A DNA stretch of 64,000 bases, from the NCBI GenBank assembly GCA_019057385.1, contig JAHQJS010000004.1, forward strand, positions 320,001 through 384,000. Direction: 5' to 3'. The position numbers and the translations under genes were made by a program. The DNA is from Candidatus Borrarchaeum weybense. Lineage in GTDB: Archaea; Asgardarchaeota; Sifarchaeia; Borrarchaeales; Borrarchaeaceae. Under the pieces are notes generated by a model. It made no database searches and was not told where the DNA came from. It saw nothing but the letters and a program-made list of their open reading frames with translations. Numbering within the stretch: the first letter of the stretch is position 1; every line of letters starts with the position of its first letter. Shown piece by piece: positions 48,268 to 59,225 of the stretch.

Positions 48268-48588
48268 CTAAACGCGATTCATAAAATTGAAAACCTCTTC
48301 GTGAAGAGTAAAAATATGAACTCCTAATTCTTCACCTTTTTCTTTTAGTCTTTCTTTCAGTGCTTTTAGCGGCATAGTAGAATTGGACATATCGCCTAGC
48401 AAGATCATGCTGAAAAGATTTCTGTTCTTATAGTGTAGAATTGTACTGCTCATATCCTCAATATTAACTTCACATTCTGCTAGTACTTGAGATACGCCAG
48501 CTACGATACCCGTTCGGTCACCGCCAATAACGGTAATAACAACCTTGTCTATTTCTTCTGAGGTATCATTATTTAGAGTTGTACTCAT
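48268..48588 (-). CDS. ACT domain protein (UPF0237)
   Basis: VITVIGGDRTGIVAGVS..NIED..F.FMNRV; usual partner of UPF0210. Confidence 0.9.
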   Translation of the reverse strand: MSTTLNNDTSEEIDKVVITVIGGDRTGIVAGVSQVLAECEVNIEDMSSTILHYKNRNLFSMILLGDMSNSTMPLKALKERLKEKGEELGVHIFTLHEEVFNFMNRV

Positions 48589-48922
48589 ATTTTCTTCCTC
48601 CTGTTCTTGTTCTTTTAGCTCCTTTGTGTTTAGCTATAAAAAGAAGTACTACTGGGTCCTTATGCTCTATTTCAAAAGCACCACAGCACGGGATGCTAAA
48701 TGAATCGGTATTCACATGTTTCTTTGGTGCATACGAAAAATAGTCTCTCACTCCACAGTTTGCTATGGAGTTCCTGTCTTTATCTAAATTCCTTGGTAGG
48801 GCATCCCAACCTCTCCAAAAATAAATTGAGATGTGTTTACGAAATACGCTATATAAATCTTGCTCTTTTATGAGTTCTGGATTAACTCTGACTAAAAACG
48901 CTATAACAAGATTAATAGCATC

Positions 48923-49378
48923 TTAATCAAGTAATCTTTGCTCACCACTGAGTTTTTGTATTTCTGTTATATTTTGTGATGCTTCGAGACAACCGAGGTA
49001 TTTTCCACTAGAGTCCCTTAACGCGTAATATTCTATCATGACTTTCTGTTTCTCACCTTCTGGGTCAATCGTGAGATCTATCCAAAAGCGCGCTTTATCT
49101 CTTGTTCCTTCCTTCATTTCATTTAAGATTCGTTCTACTTTATCAAGACTCTTTTTTGGATGGCAATCACGAACATTTCTTCCAATCACGCCCTTAGGTC
49201 TCTTGAATATTCGTGTTTCGTGTTTATTCCATGCCAATGCCTCATCATTCTCATCAAGAACTGAGAATTCAATAGGTATCGTTTCAAGAATGGCTTCTAA
49301 TACCTTTTCAGGCAGTTTTCCTATCATTTTTTCTATCCTTCCATATTTTTCTAAGTTAGAAATATGAAATTCGCTCAT
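48923..49378 (-). CDS. PAS domain protein (PAS_10-like)
   Basis: RIFKRP..VIGRNVRDCHPKKS..YYALRD..GKYLG.LE..Q. Confidence 0.85.
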   Translation of the reverse strand: MSEFHISNLEKYGRIEKMIGKLPEKVLEAILETIPIEFSVLDENDEALAWNKHETRIFKRPKGVIGRNVRDCHPKKSLDKVERILNEMKEGTRDKARFWIDLTIDPEGEKQKVMIEYYALRDSSGKYLGCLEASQNITEIQKLSGEQRLLD

Positions 49379-49527
49379 ATATATAAAATGAATTCTTTGA
49401 TATTGATAATAGATCAGAGAGCCTAGAAATCCTATGGTCTAAGTTTTTTGCATTGACATCTATAAAAAGAAGGATTTAAAGCGATCTCTAGTAAGTCTTG
49501 TTATTCAAATGTTCAAATAATTTCGTT

Positions 49528-51134
49528 TTAGATAGTAATTATTGTGGTATTAAAAACCCATACCACTGTAACTTCCTGCACAATCACTACCCACTCAGGA
49601 TTCTTGTCTTTAAATTGTTGCCAAATAATGTTATCGTGGTATCTCTGAACATAAGTTAAATGAAACACTACATAATCATATTTTTCTAACAAGGCATTCA
49701 GCGACTGAGGTAACGGTGTAACTTCTCCTTTATAAAAATCATCAAGTCTCTTATCACCATACGCACACGCAACAACTAACTGATCGGATTTACTGGAGAG
49801 ATATTCTGCAACTAATCTTGTTCCTTCCGAAGTATATGTTGTAGTTATTTTGGATCCACCATTTAGACCCCCCACAAAATCATTGAAATAGAAAACATAG
49901 AAAGGTTGAAAATTATAGCACCAAAAAGCGGCTGGAAATACGATTACAAAACTAATAATCACGTTTGGTGCTATCTGCCAATTTTTAAAGCGGCCAAAAG
50001 AATTCCAGAGTGTTCTTGTTGAACTAAGGATCATATGAAATCCATCAGAAGAAAATAACATAAGTATCGGCCAAATTGGTATTAAATATCGATCTAGTTT
50101 TTTACTGAATATTGAGATGCCGATGATAAAAAAAACAGTGGCAATTAAAAGTAATGTTTCTTCTAACATTACTTTCTTTTTGTGCATTTTATGGACATAT
50201 AAAGTAACCGAGATGAGAAAACAAATCAATACTCCAGTGCTTAGTCTTATCATTAATATGATCGGATAAAAATAGAAAGGAGCAGCGTTGTTTGGCCATG
50301 ACGTAGAACCAAGAAAGAATATAGGTAGATCGTGGCCGCTAGAAAGCCCACTAATAGCCTTATTTAGTTTATCGAATGCTAATTGTAGGTTCCAAACTCC
50401 TGGCCAAAGAATGACGAAGATTAAGCCTCCAATTAAAAGTATTTTAATCATTAACTTTGTTGATTGCCAAAACTTCAATTCGGCATTATTTTTTAGTAAC
50501 CACAGCCAAATCACTAAAATAGGTATAAGAAAAATTGCAAAACCTTTAGTCAAGACAGCTAAGCCTAGTGAGATCCCAGAAAATACAGTGTAAATTTGTT
50601 TTTTTTTTGGGTAATTCCTAGCCAAAAAAAGTATAATGTTAGTGTGAAAAAAAACGATAGTAAACCATCAAGATGAACGATCCTAGTTATTCCAATATAA
50701 AATGGTTCAAAAGTAAGCATCACTGCAGCAAGAAATCCACGTTCTCTGTTGAATATTGACGATCCCATTAAATAGATCAAAGAACAAGTTGCTGCACCGA
50801 GAATACAAAAAGGGAGACGGGAATAGCTTAGAATATCCAAATTCTCAGGAAGCAAGAAATATACGAATCCGGTTAAGTACATAGTAGTTACACCAGGATG
50901 GTTTGAAATCATGGTTCCACTTGGATTTAAGTCATATAAAGCCCAGATAAACTTTTTAGCTCTAAAAATCCACTTTAGTTCATCGGTTTGAAGTCCATAT
51001 CTTAAATTTATAAGTCTAATAGAGAATCCTATGAGAAAAATTATGAGAATTAGTAAAATATCTACCCAGTTCTTTTTGACAAATATTTCACTTTTCGCCA
51101 TAGTTTTTTTAATCAAATTCTGGATCCTCTCCAC
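49528..51134 (-). pseudogene. GT39/ArnT-like membrane glycosyltransferase split by a frameshift
   Basis: ORF 50565-51134 (DE, HPG, RLP, D) and ORF 49528-50625 (LTK, RY) join across an A10 tract at 50599-50608. Confidence 0.75.
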
Positions 51135-51248
51135 TCATTGACATTTACAGAATTTCAAGCAATTAATTCACAATTTCTGTTGTATGAGAGCCCTTACCTT
51201 TCAAGACATAGTCAAATAGATATCTGATATAGATTATCCTTTTTAATT

Positions 51249-52406
51249 TTATGATGGTTTTGCTTTTTGCCAAGCTATGGTGGCCATCACCTCCACAAAG
51301 AGGCGTGCGCATAATTGAGCAGATGGACCTGTCGGTGCATCATATTGTGGCCCTAGACAACTGATGTCAAAGCCATTGATCAATTTATGCTTGCCAATCT
51401 GTCGAATTGCAGATATAATTTCTCTAGAGGTCAAACCACCTGGTTCAGGATATTTTTGAGCAGGACAGAATGCAGGGTCCACAACATCGATATCAAGAGA
51501 AACATAAAGCGCATCGGTATTCTCAACGACTTTAAGGGCTTTCTTAATAATTTTTTTTATTCCTTCTTGTTCTACATCAGCCATTGTAAAGTATTGTATC
51601 CCCAATTTTTCGGCTACGTATCGTTCATGTAGTTGGTTTCGCAAACCCCGTATGCCGATGGAACAAAACTTCTCTGGATTGATTTGAGGAAACTCAAAAA
51701 GCGGTCCCCATTGAGACGCAGCTGAGATTTCTTCTTCGAAATAAAGGTCAAAATGAGAATCGAAGGAAATCATTCCAATATTTCCATCAGTATTGTTCAT
51801 AAGACTGCGGATACAGGGATAAGGGATGGTGTGGTCACCGCCTGATACTAATGGAATTGCACCTGCCTCGTAAATCTCTGAAATTTTGCGAATAGAGTTT
51901 TCTATTGACGCATCAGGATTTTTAACGTCCACGTCAACGTCACCGTAGTCTACCGCTTTAATATGATTAAAAATAATGAAATCTTTGTCCAATTCTGGGA
52001 AATAGCCCCAATTATGATTGATAGAGTAAAATAAGGAGTATTTTCGAATAGCTTCTGGCGCTTTATCCGCACCAGTTCTATAGTAAATTGAATCCGGAGG
52101 TGCAGGTGCTGCCGTTTCTGGTAATATAGTCCAAGGGTCTAGATACTTTAGTCCCTCCCATGGAAGCCCCACAAACGCAACATCGACTCCTGCTAGGTCT
52201 TCTTTTTTCTTAGCATGTGGCAATTCCATAAAAGTCGGAACATCTCCATAAAGAATAGCTTTAAGCCGTCGTTCAATTCGCTGAGGTATTGTCTTTTTTG
52301 AGTCACTATAAGCTTCGTCCCACACTTTATCAAGTTTTTTTCGACGATTAGTGGTTTCTTTTTCTCTAGACAACTGATTTTCCTCCATTCTGCATGTTAA
52401 TATCAA
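51249..52406 (-). CDS. Agmatinase/ureohydrolase family protein
   Basis: GGDHT, DSHFD, GIRG, SLDIDVVDP, PEPGG. Confidence 0.88.
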   Translation of the reverse strand: MILTCRMEENQLSREKETTNRRKKLDKVWDEAYSDSKKTIPQRIERRLKAILYGDVPTFMELPHAKKKEDLAGVDVAFVGLPWEGLKYLDPWTILPETAAPAPPDSIYYRTGADKAPEAIRKYSLFYSINHNWGYFPELDKDFIIFNHIKAVDYGDVDVDVKNPDASIENSIRKISEIYEAGAIPLVSGGDHTIPYPCIRSLMNNTDGNIGMISFDSHFDLYFEEEISAASQWGPLFEFPQINPEKFCSIGIRGLRNQLHERYVAEKLGIQYFTMADVEQEGIKKIIKKALKVVENTDALYVSLDIDVVDPAFCPAQKYPEPGGLTSREIISAIRQIGKHKLINGFDISCLGPQYDAPTGPSAQLCARLFVEVMATIAWQKAKPS

Positions 52407-52587
52407 TTTTACTTTTTTGGATGACAGACTAATGTGAAATACTATTAATAAACTAACATGAATGCAGATAAACTTAAGTTTGAAATTTCTAAATTCTTCA
52501 CTAATATAGGCTTACGTAATTATAATTCTTCACCTTCTGAATAAGCTCTAGAGAATAAGAGATGGTGTAAAAAAGAGGGAACAAATA

Positions 52588-53871
52588 ATGGATCTAGATG
52601 ATACGTTCATTGAATTAATTGATAGGGCTGACACTGCATTAGAAAATGAAAACGAAATAAATGCGAGGCAATACGGACTTGATCTAATCAATAAAGAAAA
52701 ATATAAAGCTCTCCAGAAGATTCCTGATGCTGAACTAAAAGAGCAACTTCGTCAAGCTAAAGAAGCCTGGATCGACAGGCTTGACGAACTAGTTCAAATA
52801 GCGAAAGAAGGTTTAGAGGCTGTTGGCTGCAAAGTATTTTTCGCAAAAACACCTCAAGATGCGCTCAAATACATTGGAGAAGTTGTAGGCGAAGGAAAAT
52901 TGGTCGTAAAATCAAAAACAAACGCAGGGTCCGAAATCGGTCTCGTAAAATATTTGGAATCACGCGAGAACGAGGTAATAGAAACAGATCTAGGGGACAG
53001 AATAGTCCAAATGAGGGGTGAAAGAGGAACACATCCCATAGCCCCGGCGATTCACTGCTGTCGGGCAGATATCGCCGAACTATTTGGACTCCCACCAGCA
53101 GTACCTATTGATGAGATAATAGCTAAGGCTCGAGGAGAAATCCGTGATTTCGTTTTTAAGGCGGATGTAGGTATCTCTGGCTGTAATGCATTAGCAGCTA
53201 AGGAAGGGGCTATATTTCTTGTAGAAAACGAGGGAAACATTCGGTACGTATCTAACGCTCCCCCAGTTCACATTTCTATCTGCCCTTTGAATAAAATAGT
53301 ACCCGATGTTGAAGCTGCTTTCACTCAAATTCGACTACTCTCCGTTTATGCTGCTGGTCAAGTTACCCCCGTCTACTTGTCTATGATTAGTGGTCCAAGC
53401 AAAACAGGCGATATTGAATTCGATGTCAGGGAAGGTATGCACGGCCCAAGAGAAGTTCACGTTATTCTGGTAGATAACAATCGAATTGAAGCAAGCAAAG
53501 GACCTCTTAAAGAATCCGTCTTCTGCGTTGGGTGTGGCTCTTGCATTAATGAATGTCCCGCCTATGATAATCTAGGAATCGCGTTTGGTGGACCTACATA
53601 TGTAGGACCAATTGGAATTGTGCATACTAGTATTCAAAACGGATTAGAAACTACTTTAGAATCTGGGTTGAATTTCTGTACGATGTGTAAAAGATGTGGG
53701 GATGTATGTCCAGTGGATATTCCCATACCCGAGTTACTTACATATTTACGAGATCTCGCAATTGAAAAGGGATTGCTTTTGCCACCTTTTGCTGAGATGG
53801 AAAAGAGAATAAAGGAAGTTGGAAATCCATTTGGCATTCAGGAACAAGCGGTTTCTCCCGAAAAGAGGTGA
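52588..53871 (+). CDS. LUD-domain Fe-S protein (LutB/LldF-like)
   Basis: VKSK, ETDLG, ENEGN, SGPSKTGDIE, HGP, two CxxCxxCxxxCP motifs. Confidence 0.88.
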   Translation: MDLDDTFIELIDRADTALENENEINARQYGLDLINKEKYKALQKIPDAELKEQLRQAKEAWIDRLDELVQIAKEGLEAVGCKVFFAKTPQDALKYIGEVVGEGKLVVKSKTNAGSEIGLVKYLESRENEVIETDLGDRIVQMRGERGTHPIAPAIHCCRADIAELFGLPPAVPIDEIIAKARGEIRDFVFKADVGISGCNALAAKEGAIFLVENEGNIRYVSNAPPVHISICPLNKIVPDVEAAFTQIRLLSVYAAGQVTPVYLSMISGPSKTGDIEFDVREGMHGPREVHVILVDNNRIEASKGPLKESVFCVGCGSCINECPAYDNLGIAFGGPTYVGPIGIVHTSIQNGLETTLESGLNFCTMCKRCGDVCPVDIPIPELLTYLRDLAIEKGLLLPPFAEMEKRIKEVGNPFGIQEQAVSPEKR

Positions 53872-54575
53872 ATGCGATGAGTAAAATTCTGCTCTTTCAC
53901 GGCTGTATGAACAGATTTATAACTCCTCAGGTTTCTGAAACGACTCTCAAGATTTTAAAAGACGCAAACATTGATTTTGAAAGCCTTGATAGGGAATTAT
54001 GCTGCGGTTTTGTACTGTATGAAAATGGTCAGCATGCTGCTGCCGTCGAGGTAATGAAGAAAAATCAAGAGCTTTTTTCTGAATATGACATCGATACCAT
54101 TTTGACAAGTTGTCCTACATGCGCGTATATCTTTAAGATTCACTATCCTGAACATTTGCCTGATTGGAATTACAAAGTTGTTCATATGACAGAATTTCTA
54201 GCAAAACTTATCGATGAGAAAAAACTTAATATCGATAAAAAACCAGCTGTTACTGTTACTTTTCATGACCCCTGTCATCTCACACGTGGACTTAAAATTA
54301 CTGAAGAGCCAAGAAGTGTTTTGAATGCGATCCCTGGTCTAAAATTGGTGGAAATGGAACATTCACGTGAAGCATCAAAGTGCTGTGGCGCAGGAAGTGG
54401 AATGCGTCTCTCTTTTAGTAGCATAGCACAAGCGTTTGCAGAAAACAGGATCGCAGAAGCTGAAAAAACTGGTGCGACAATTTTAGTTACAGCGTGTCCG
54501 ACCTGCATGTTACATCTTCAAGAAAACGCAAAGAATATCAAAGTAATTGACATTTCGGAAGCAATTGTCGATTAA
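53868..54575 (+). CDS. CCG-domain Fe-S protein (LutA/GlcF-like)
   Basis: CCG, HDPCH, CCGAG, ACPTC. Confidence 0.85.
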   Translation: MNAMSKILLFHGCMNRFITPQVSETTLKILKDANIDFESLDRELCCGFVLYENGQHAAAVEVMKKNQELFSEYDIDTILTSCPTCAYIFKIHYPEHLPDWNYKVVHMTEFLAKLIDEKKLNIDKKPAVTVTFHDPCHLTRGLKITEEPRSVLNAIPGLKLVEMEHSREASKCCGAGSGMRLSFSSIAQAFAENRIAEAEKTGATILVTACPTCMLHLQENAKNIKVIDISEAIVD

Positions 54576-54673
54576 ACAAATTTTGCTTGTATGGTCGATG
54601 TCTAATCTTTTAGAGTTGAAATACATTTGAAATAAATATGTATTCAATGTATTTGTTATAGCGAGGTGCGGAT

Positions 54674-55000
54674 ATGATTGTCAAACAAAAAGATAAACCT
54701 GTTAAAAGTGCGTATGGTGTAGAATTTAAGGCACTTGCGACTGGCGATAGAATAATGTGTACCATTATGAGATTCAAAAAGGGCGGCAAAGTTCCAAAGC
54801 ATAAACACCCCGCTGAACAGGTCGGATACATTGTAAAAGGGAAGTTTAAACTTTGGATTAATGATGAGGAGATTGGGGTTTTAGAACCCGGAGATAGTTA
54901 TATGATTAAAAGTAGTGAATTTCATTCGATGGAAATGCTAGAAGATTCAGAATGGGTAGATATGTTTTCTCCACCACGAGAAGAGTATATGGATAAATAA
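54674..55000 (+). CDS. Cupin domain protein
   Basis: PKHKHPAEQ..G..H..D.FSPPRE. Confidence 0.88.
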   Translation: MIVKQKDKPVKSAYGVEFKALATGDRIMCTIMRFKKGGKVPKHKHPAEQVGYIVKGKFKLWINDEEIGVLEPGDSYMIKSSEFHSMEMLEDSEWVDMFSPPREEYMDK

Positions 55001-55064
55001 ACTACCCTTATTTTTGAAATACGCGTTTAAATACGATAATATAGAGTTTCAAAGTGATTAGCTT

Positions 55065-55718
55065 ATGATTATTAAACAGGAAGACAAAGCTATAAAGAAA
55101 TACTTAGGAAGATTGAAGTCTGCTATAGAAAAAAGATTTCCCAAAGAGTTCTCAAAGCCCTTAGCTGAGATATTATATCCGTTAGCAAAAAACAGAATAA
55201 TTTCTTACGATAAAATACAACTAGAGAAGGAACAAAAGGATGAACTTTTATTTTTGGCGTATAACGAGCGCCTATTACTTCCAGTTGCGCTAAAAACGTT
55301 AGCGTGGAATTCTAGACCCCTAACTTTAAGATCGGGGGAACGGTATGAAATGCCTCCTGCAATTCAATATTTGATTAGGCATGCCGAAAAAACGGGAGAA
55401 TGGAGTCCTGAGCATGCTGTGAGAAGTTATCTTGAAGTTATTGGTGAGCCTAACGTCGAGATACTTCTGACATTTTTCCAAGAAATGAAGAGACAGGTAA
55501 GCCGTTCAAAAACGTTATCTAAAACCAAAAAGATTACACCTGTCCTTTTAAAAAGATGCCTAAGAAATATCCACGCAAAACAACTAGCCACAAAATTGGA
55601 GTTAGGGAAAACAATAGCCAAATTAAAGGGAGGAGGTATAATTAGTCCCTTTTTCCTTAAAATTCCAGAAAAAGGTCCGTGTTATGAAATAAATCCCTCT
55701 GTTTTCTTTGACTGCTAG
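55065..55718 (+). CDS. Hypothetical protein
   Basis: 217-aa ORF; no motif recognised. Confidence 0.55.
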   Translation: MIIKQEDKAIKKYLGRLKSAIEKRFPKEFSKPLAEILYPLAKNRIISYDKIQLEKEQKDELLFLAYNERLLLPVALKTLAWNSRPLTLRSGERYEMPPAIQYLIRHAEKTGEWSPEHAVRSYLEVIGEPNVEILLTFFQEMKRQVSRSKTLSKTKKITPVLLKRCLRNIHAKQLATKLELGKTIAKLKGGGIISPFFLKIPEKGPCYEINPSVFFDC

Positions 55719-55807
55719 GGAACAAAGAAATGCGGGAACTTTCTCGTATAAGAACATATATTTGCCTGAAAGAAAAAGAAAAATGGGGATGTTCCCAGTA
55801 ATAAAAA

Positions 55808-56989
55808 CTATTCTTCATTAAGTCCGAGTGCTTCAGCGATGATCTCAGTTATATCCATCATTTTGATATTTGCTTCTGCTTTTTTGATTCCTTCGTTAAT
55901 ATTGTCGTAACAAGCAGGACATCCACTTACGATTACTTCTGCACCTATTGATTTTGCCTGCTCTACCCTCTTTAGAGCTAGTTCCATGCCTAGACCGGCG
56001 TCAACACCTTTTACGCCACCACCGCCACCGCAACATCTTGCATCTTTTCTTGTATCTGGGAGTTCCTTGTACACTATGCCGGGAATAGCCTGTATTAACT
56101 TTCGTGGGTTATCATATTGCAATTCATGTCGTCCAAGTTCACAGGGATCATGCCACGTTACAACTTTATTAATACTGTTGCCATTGTTTAGTTGAAGTTT
56201 TCCTCGATCTAAAAGGTCTGCAAGAAACTCATTTGCATGAACTACTTCAAAGGGTGGTTTGATTCCTCCAACATCTTCATAAAGGTGTTTAAAAACTCTA
56301 TAACAGCCAGCGCATGTCGCTATTACTTTTTCTACGCCTAGATTATTGAACGCCGAGATATGATGCTCCGCTAGTTCTTTAATCATCTCGCGGCCGCCAG
56401 CCAGATAGTATGGAGAACCACAGCACCATTCGTCTTCGCCCAGGAGAGTGAAGTCCAGACCTAAATGATCCATTGTCTTTACTAATGATAGTGGTATTTG
56501 TGATAAGCGACCCATGAATGAGCCAAGGCAGCCCACAAAATATCCAATCTTTGCATCTGTGTTGGTCCTGTCCTCAACGACCTCTTCGGCATCGGCATCC
56601 ATCATAGACCAGATCGTTCGATCATCTTGTTCCATATCAAAGATATTATGACTTTCTTCCAAAGCCTCTACGAGCATCATTGAAGACTCAGGAGCGCATC
56701 CTCGGTTAAACATTTCCTCGCGAGCATGTAATATAATCTCTGTACATTCAACTCCACTTGGACAAATATCTACGCAGTGATTACAAATTAAGCAAGTATA
56801 TTCGCCTTGAGTCATTAGTTCGTTAGGGGAAATTTTTCCCTGAAGCATTCCTAATGCCATTCTGATTCGTCCACGGGGCCCGATGACTTCCCATCCGCGT
56901 TCCTCAAGTGTTGGACAAATTGAATTGCATTTAGCACATCGCACGCATTTAAGCATTGCCTGAGCCCAATTTTCGATCTTCTCGTGCAT
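55808..56989 (-). CDS. HdrD/GlcF-like Fe-S oxidoreductase
   Basis: Two 4Fe-4S motifs plus CCG domains (WCCG, HDPC, CCGGGGG). Confidence 0.88.
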   Translation of the reverse strand: MHEKIENWAQAMLKCVRCAKCNSICPTLEERGWEVIGPRGRIRMALGMLQGKISPNELMTQGEYTCLICNHCVDICPSGVECTEIILHAREEMFNRGCAPESSMMLVEALEESHNIFDMEQDDRTIWSMMDADAEEVVEDRTNTDAKIGYFVGCLGSFMGRLSQIPLSLVKTMDHLGLDFTLLGEDEWCCGSPYYLAGGREMIKELAEHHISAFNNLGVEKVIATCAGCYRVFKHLYEDVGGIKPPFEVVHANEFLADLLDRGKLQLNNGNSINKVVTWHDPCELGRHELQYDNPRKLIQAIPGIVYKELPDTRKDARCCGGGGGVKGVDAGLGMELALKRVEQAKSIGAEVIVSGCPACYDNINEGIKKAEANIKMMDITEIIAEALGLNEE

Positions 56990-57008
56990 TTTTTTTCACC
57001 TCGTATCT

Positions 57009-58466
57009 TTAAATAGTCTTGACGGGTATCTTGTTCAATATAACTTCTGGATCTTCGTTCAAGGCCATTTTTCCAGGATTCATGATATTTTTCGGGTCTA
57101 GTGCCCATTTAATTGCTTTCATTATGTCAAGTGCGACCTCGCCGTGCTCGCGTTTCATGTATCGTGCGCGTGCTATACCGATACCGTGTTCTCCAGTTAC
57201 TGTACCGCCCAACTCTAACGCTTTTTGATTTATTTCTTCGATAAGTGCCTCTAACTTTGGCCAGTCTTCAGCAACTTCTTTTCGAATCGTAATGGCGGGA
57301 TGTAAGTTGCCATCACCAACATGCCCGAACGTCACAATTGGGAAATCGTATCTTTGGCTAGCTTCACGTAAGAAAGTTAACATTTCGGGTATCTTCGAAA
57401 TCGGCACAGCAAGGTCTTCACCCGCGTAAACACGCGAGTAACCTTCTCGAACACGTACCGATGCTGCACCGACAAGCGACCGTGCTTCCCATAAGCGATC
57501 TATTTCCGCTTTTTCTGTTGCCTTCTTTACTTCTATTGCACCGCTATCTTTACAGATCTCTGCAATTCTGTTGATTTTGGGTTCTATTTCGAATGATGAT
57601 CCTTCCACTTCATAGAGAAGCATTGCTTCAACGTCTGGAAGCTGCATTTCTGGTTTGTATTGATTGATTGCATAAATTGATGATTTGTCTAATATTTCAA
57701 CGCAACCGGGAATTATTCCAGCCTTAAAAGTGTTAATGACAGCCTTCCCAGCATTTTCAAGCTCATCAAATAGTGCCATCGCTATGCCTTCTGTCTCTGG
57801 AAGTGGGATAAGTCTCAACCAAATCTTTGTGAAAACACCTAATACGCCTTCACTTCCTGTAAAAAGTCCCACTAGATTTAATCCAGAAGCTGTTTTTAAT
57901 GCATTAGATCCCACAGTCGTTATTCTTCCATCAGGAAGAACAACCTCCATTTTTAAAACATAGGCACCTGTTGTTCCGTAGTTAACGGCTTCCTTTCCAG
58001 AAGAGTCATTTCCAACCATTCCGCCTATTGTGGCTGCGTAGGAACTCGCTGGACCTGGTACTAAGAATCCATGTGGTTTTAAGAACTCGTTGAGTTTATC
58101 ATTAACTATTCCAGGCTCTACACAAACCTGTAAGTTATCCACATCAAGTTCTAAAACATGATTCATGCCTGTTAAATCGAGTAGTATTCCACCATAAACA
58201 GCTATTATTCCACCTGAACAACCAGTTCTGGCGCCTGCAGGTATTACAGGAATTTCGTTTTCATAGCAGTATCTAACTATCTTTGAAATTTGTTCCGTTG
58301 AACTTGGTCTTACAACTACATCTGGTGTTTTCTCAAAACGTGACGCGTCCGTGGCAAAGGTTAGTAGCATTACTGGATCCATTGAAAAGTTTTCTTTTCC
58401 TACAGTTGCCGTTAAAAATTCATTTAATTTCTCTTTATCAATCGACTTTCTCTCCATAATTCTCAC
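57009..58466 (-). CDS. FAD-linked oxidase (GlcD/D-lactate dehydrogenase-like)
   Basis: ATIGG, GSEGVLG, GHVGDGNLH, GEHGIG, DPKNIMNPGK. Confidence 0.92.
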   Translation of the reverse strand: MRIMERKSIDKEKLNEFLTATVGKENFSMDPVMLLTFATDASRFEKTPDVVVRPSSTEQISKIVRYCYENEIPVIPAGARTGCSGGIIAVYGGILLDLTGMNHVLELDVDNLQVCVEPGIVNDKLNEFLKPHGFLVPGPASSYAATIGGMVGNDSSGKEAVNYGTTGAYVLKMEVVLPDGRITTVGSNALKTASGLNLVGLFTGSEGVLGVFTKIWLRLIPLPETEGIAMALFDELENAGKAVINTFKAGIIPGCVEILDKSSIYAINQYKPEMQLPDVEAMLLYEVEGSSFEIEPKINRIAEICKDSGAIEVKKATEKAEIDRLWEARSLVGAASVRVREGYSRVYAGEDLAVPISKIPEMLTFLREASQRYDFPIVTFGHVGDGNLHPAITIRKEVAEDWPKLEALIEEINQKALELGGTVTGEHGIGIARARYMKREHGEVALDIMKAIKWALDPKNIMNPGKMALNEDPEVILNKIPVKTI

Positions 58467-58676
58467 CTATCGATAGGTCTTAAAACGTATTTGGAAACGT
58501 TCAAAAAGTCTAGACCCTATAGAAAAGGTCTATTCTCCAAATTTGTCTTTATCTATAATGTTAATCCTCTAAATGAGTTATTATCGTTTGTCACAGGATT
58601 TTTTGAACTTTTATAGTTTTTTACACTGACAAGCTTAAACATGCCTCGTTTATACATTTCCCCTATTAAAAATTTT

Positions 58677-58841
58677 GTTGCAGAGTGAAAAACGATGATG
58701 CACTTACTGAAACATGCTTATGGGATACATTAAGTTTGCAGTTGTCAATGCAAGGTTGCAGAGTGAGAAACGATGACGCACTAACTGAGACGTTCCTGTC
58801 GCGAATCCAGCAGTAGCCTTAATCGTCAAAATGCAGAGTGT
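58677..58841 (+). CRISPR. Mini CRISPR array: two 37-nt repeats, a partial third repeat and two spacers (41 and 38 nt)
   Basis: GTTGCAGAGTGAAAAACGATGATGCACTTACTGAAAC (58677-58713), GTTGCAGAGTGAGAAACGATGACGCACTAACTGAGAC (58755-58791), AATGCAGAGTG (58830-); TTTATA at 58649. Confidence 0.7.
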
Positions 58842-58910
58842 GATTTTAGAATTCCAAAAAAGTCAAGAATTGTGCAAAATCAAAAAGTGATTCTTGGTGT
58901 TAGGTTAGAG

Positions 58911-59043
58911 ATTACTTGATAGTTACTGATTTAGTTTTTTGGTTGTTTCCTTTGGTTGGTGCTTACTTGGTAATTACTGGAAAAAAAAGTTAATTACTGA
59001 ATAATTACTTAGCTCGGTTAGTAGTACTGAGTAGTTACGTACT
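58911..59043. repeat. Four pairs of TTAC(T) motifs spaced 11 bp
   Basis: TTAC/GTAC at 58912+58923, 58963+58974, 58994+59005, 59024+59035. Confidence 0.55.
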
Positions 59044-59225
59044 ATGACAAAAGCGCGAGATAGTGCACGCTACTCCTAAAAGTGTGGGGTTTATTAATGA
59101 ACTGTACTCTAAAGTATACAGGAGCAGTCGATCACCATACAACAGACTGTCAAATTCAGAAACACTCCCGATTCATACGATGTGTAAACCCTGAACAAGA
59201 AACCTGCATCTTCGGAGCTAATTTT

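Noticed and set aside
58792-58829. Mini-array spacer 2 resembling the ftsY remnant (TGTC-GCGAATCC near 29365)
   Set aside because: Only ~14 gapped matches; compatible with chance.
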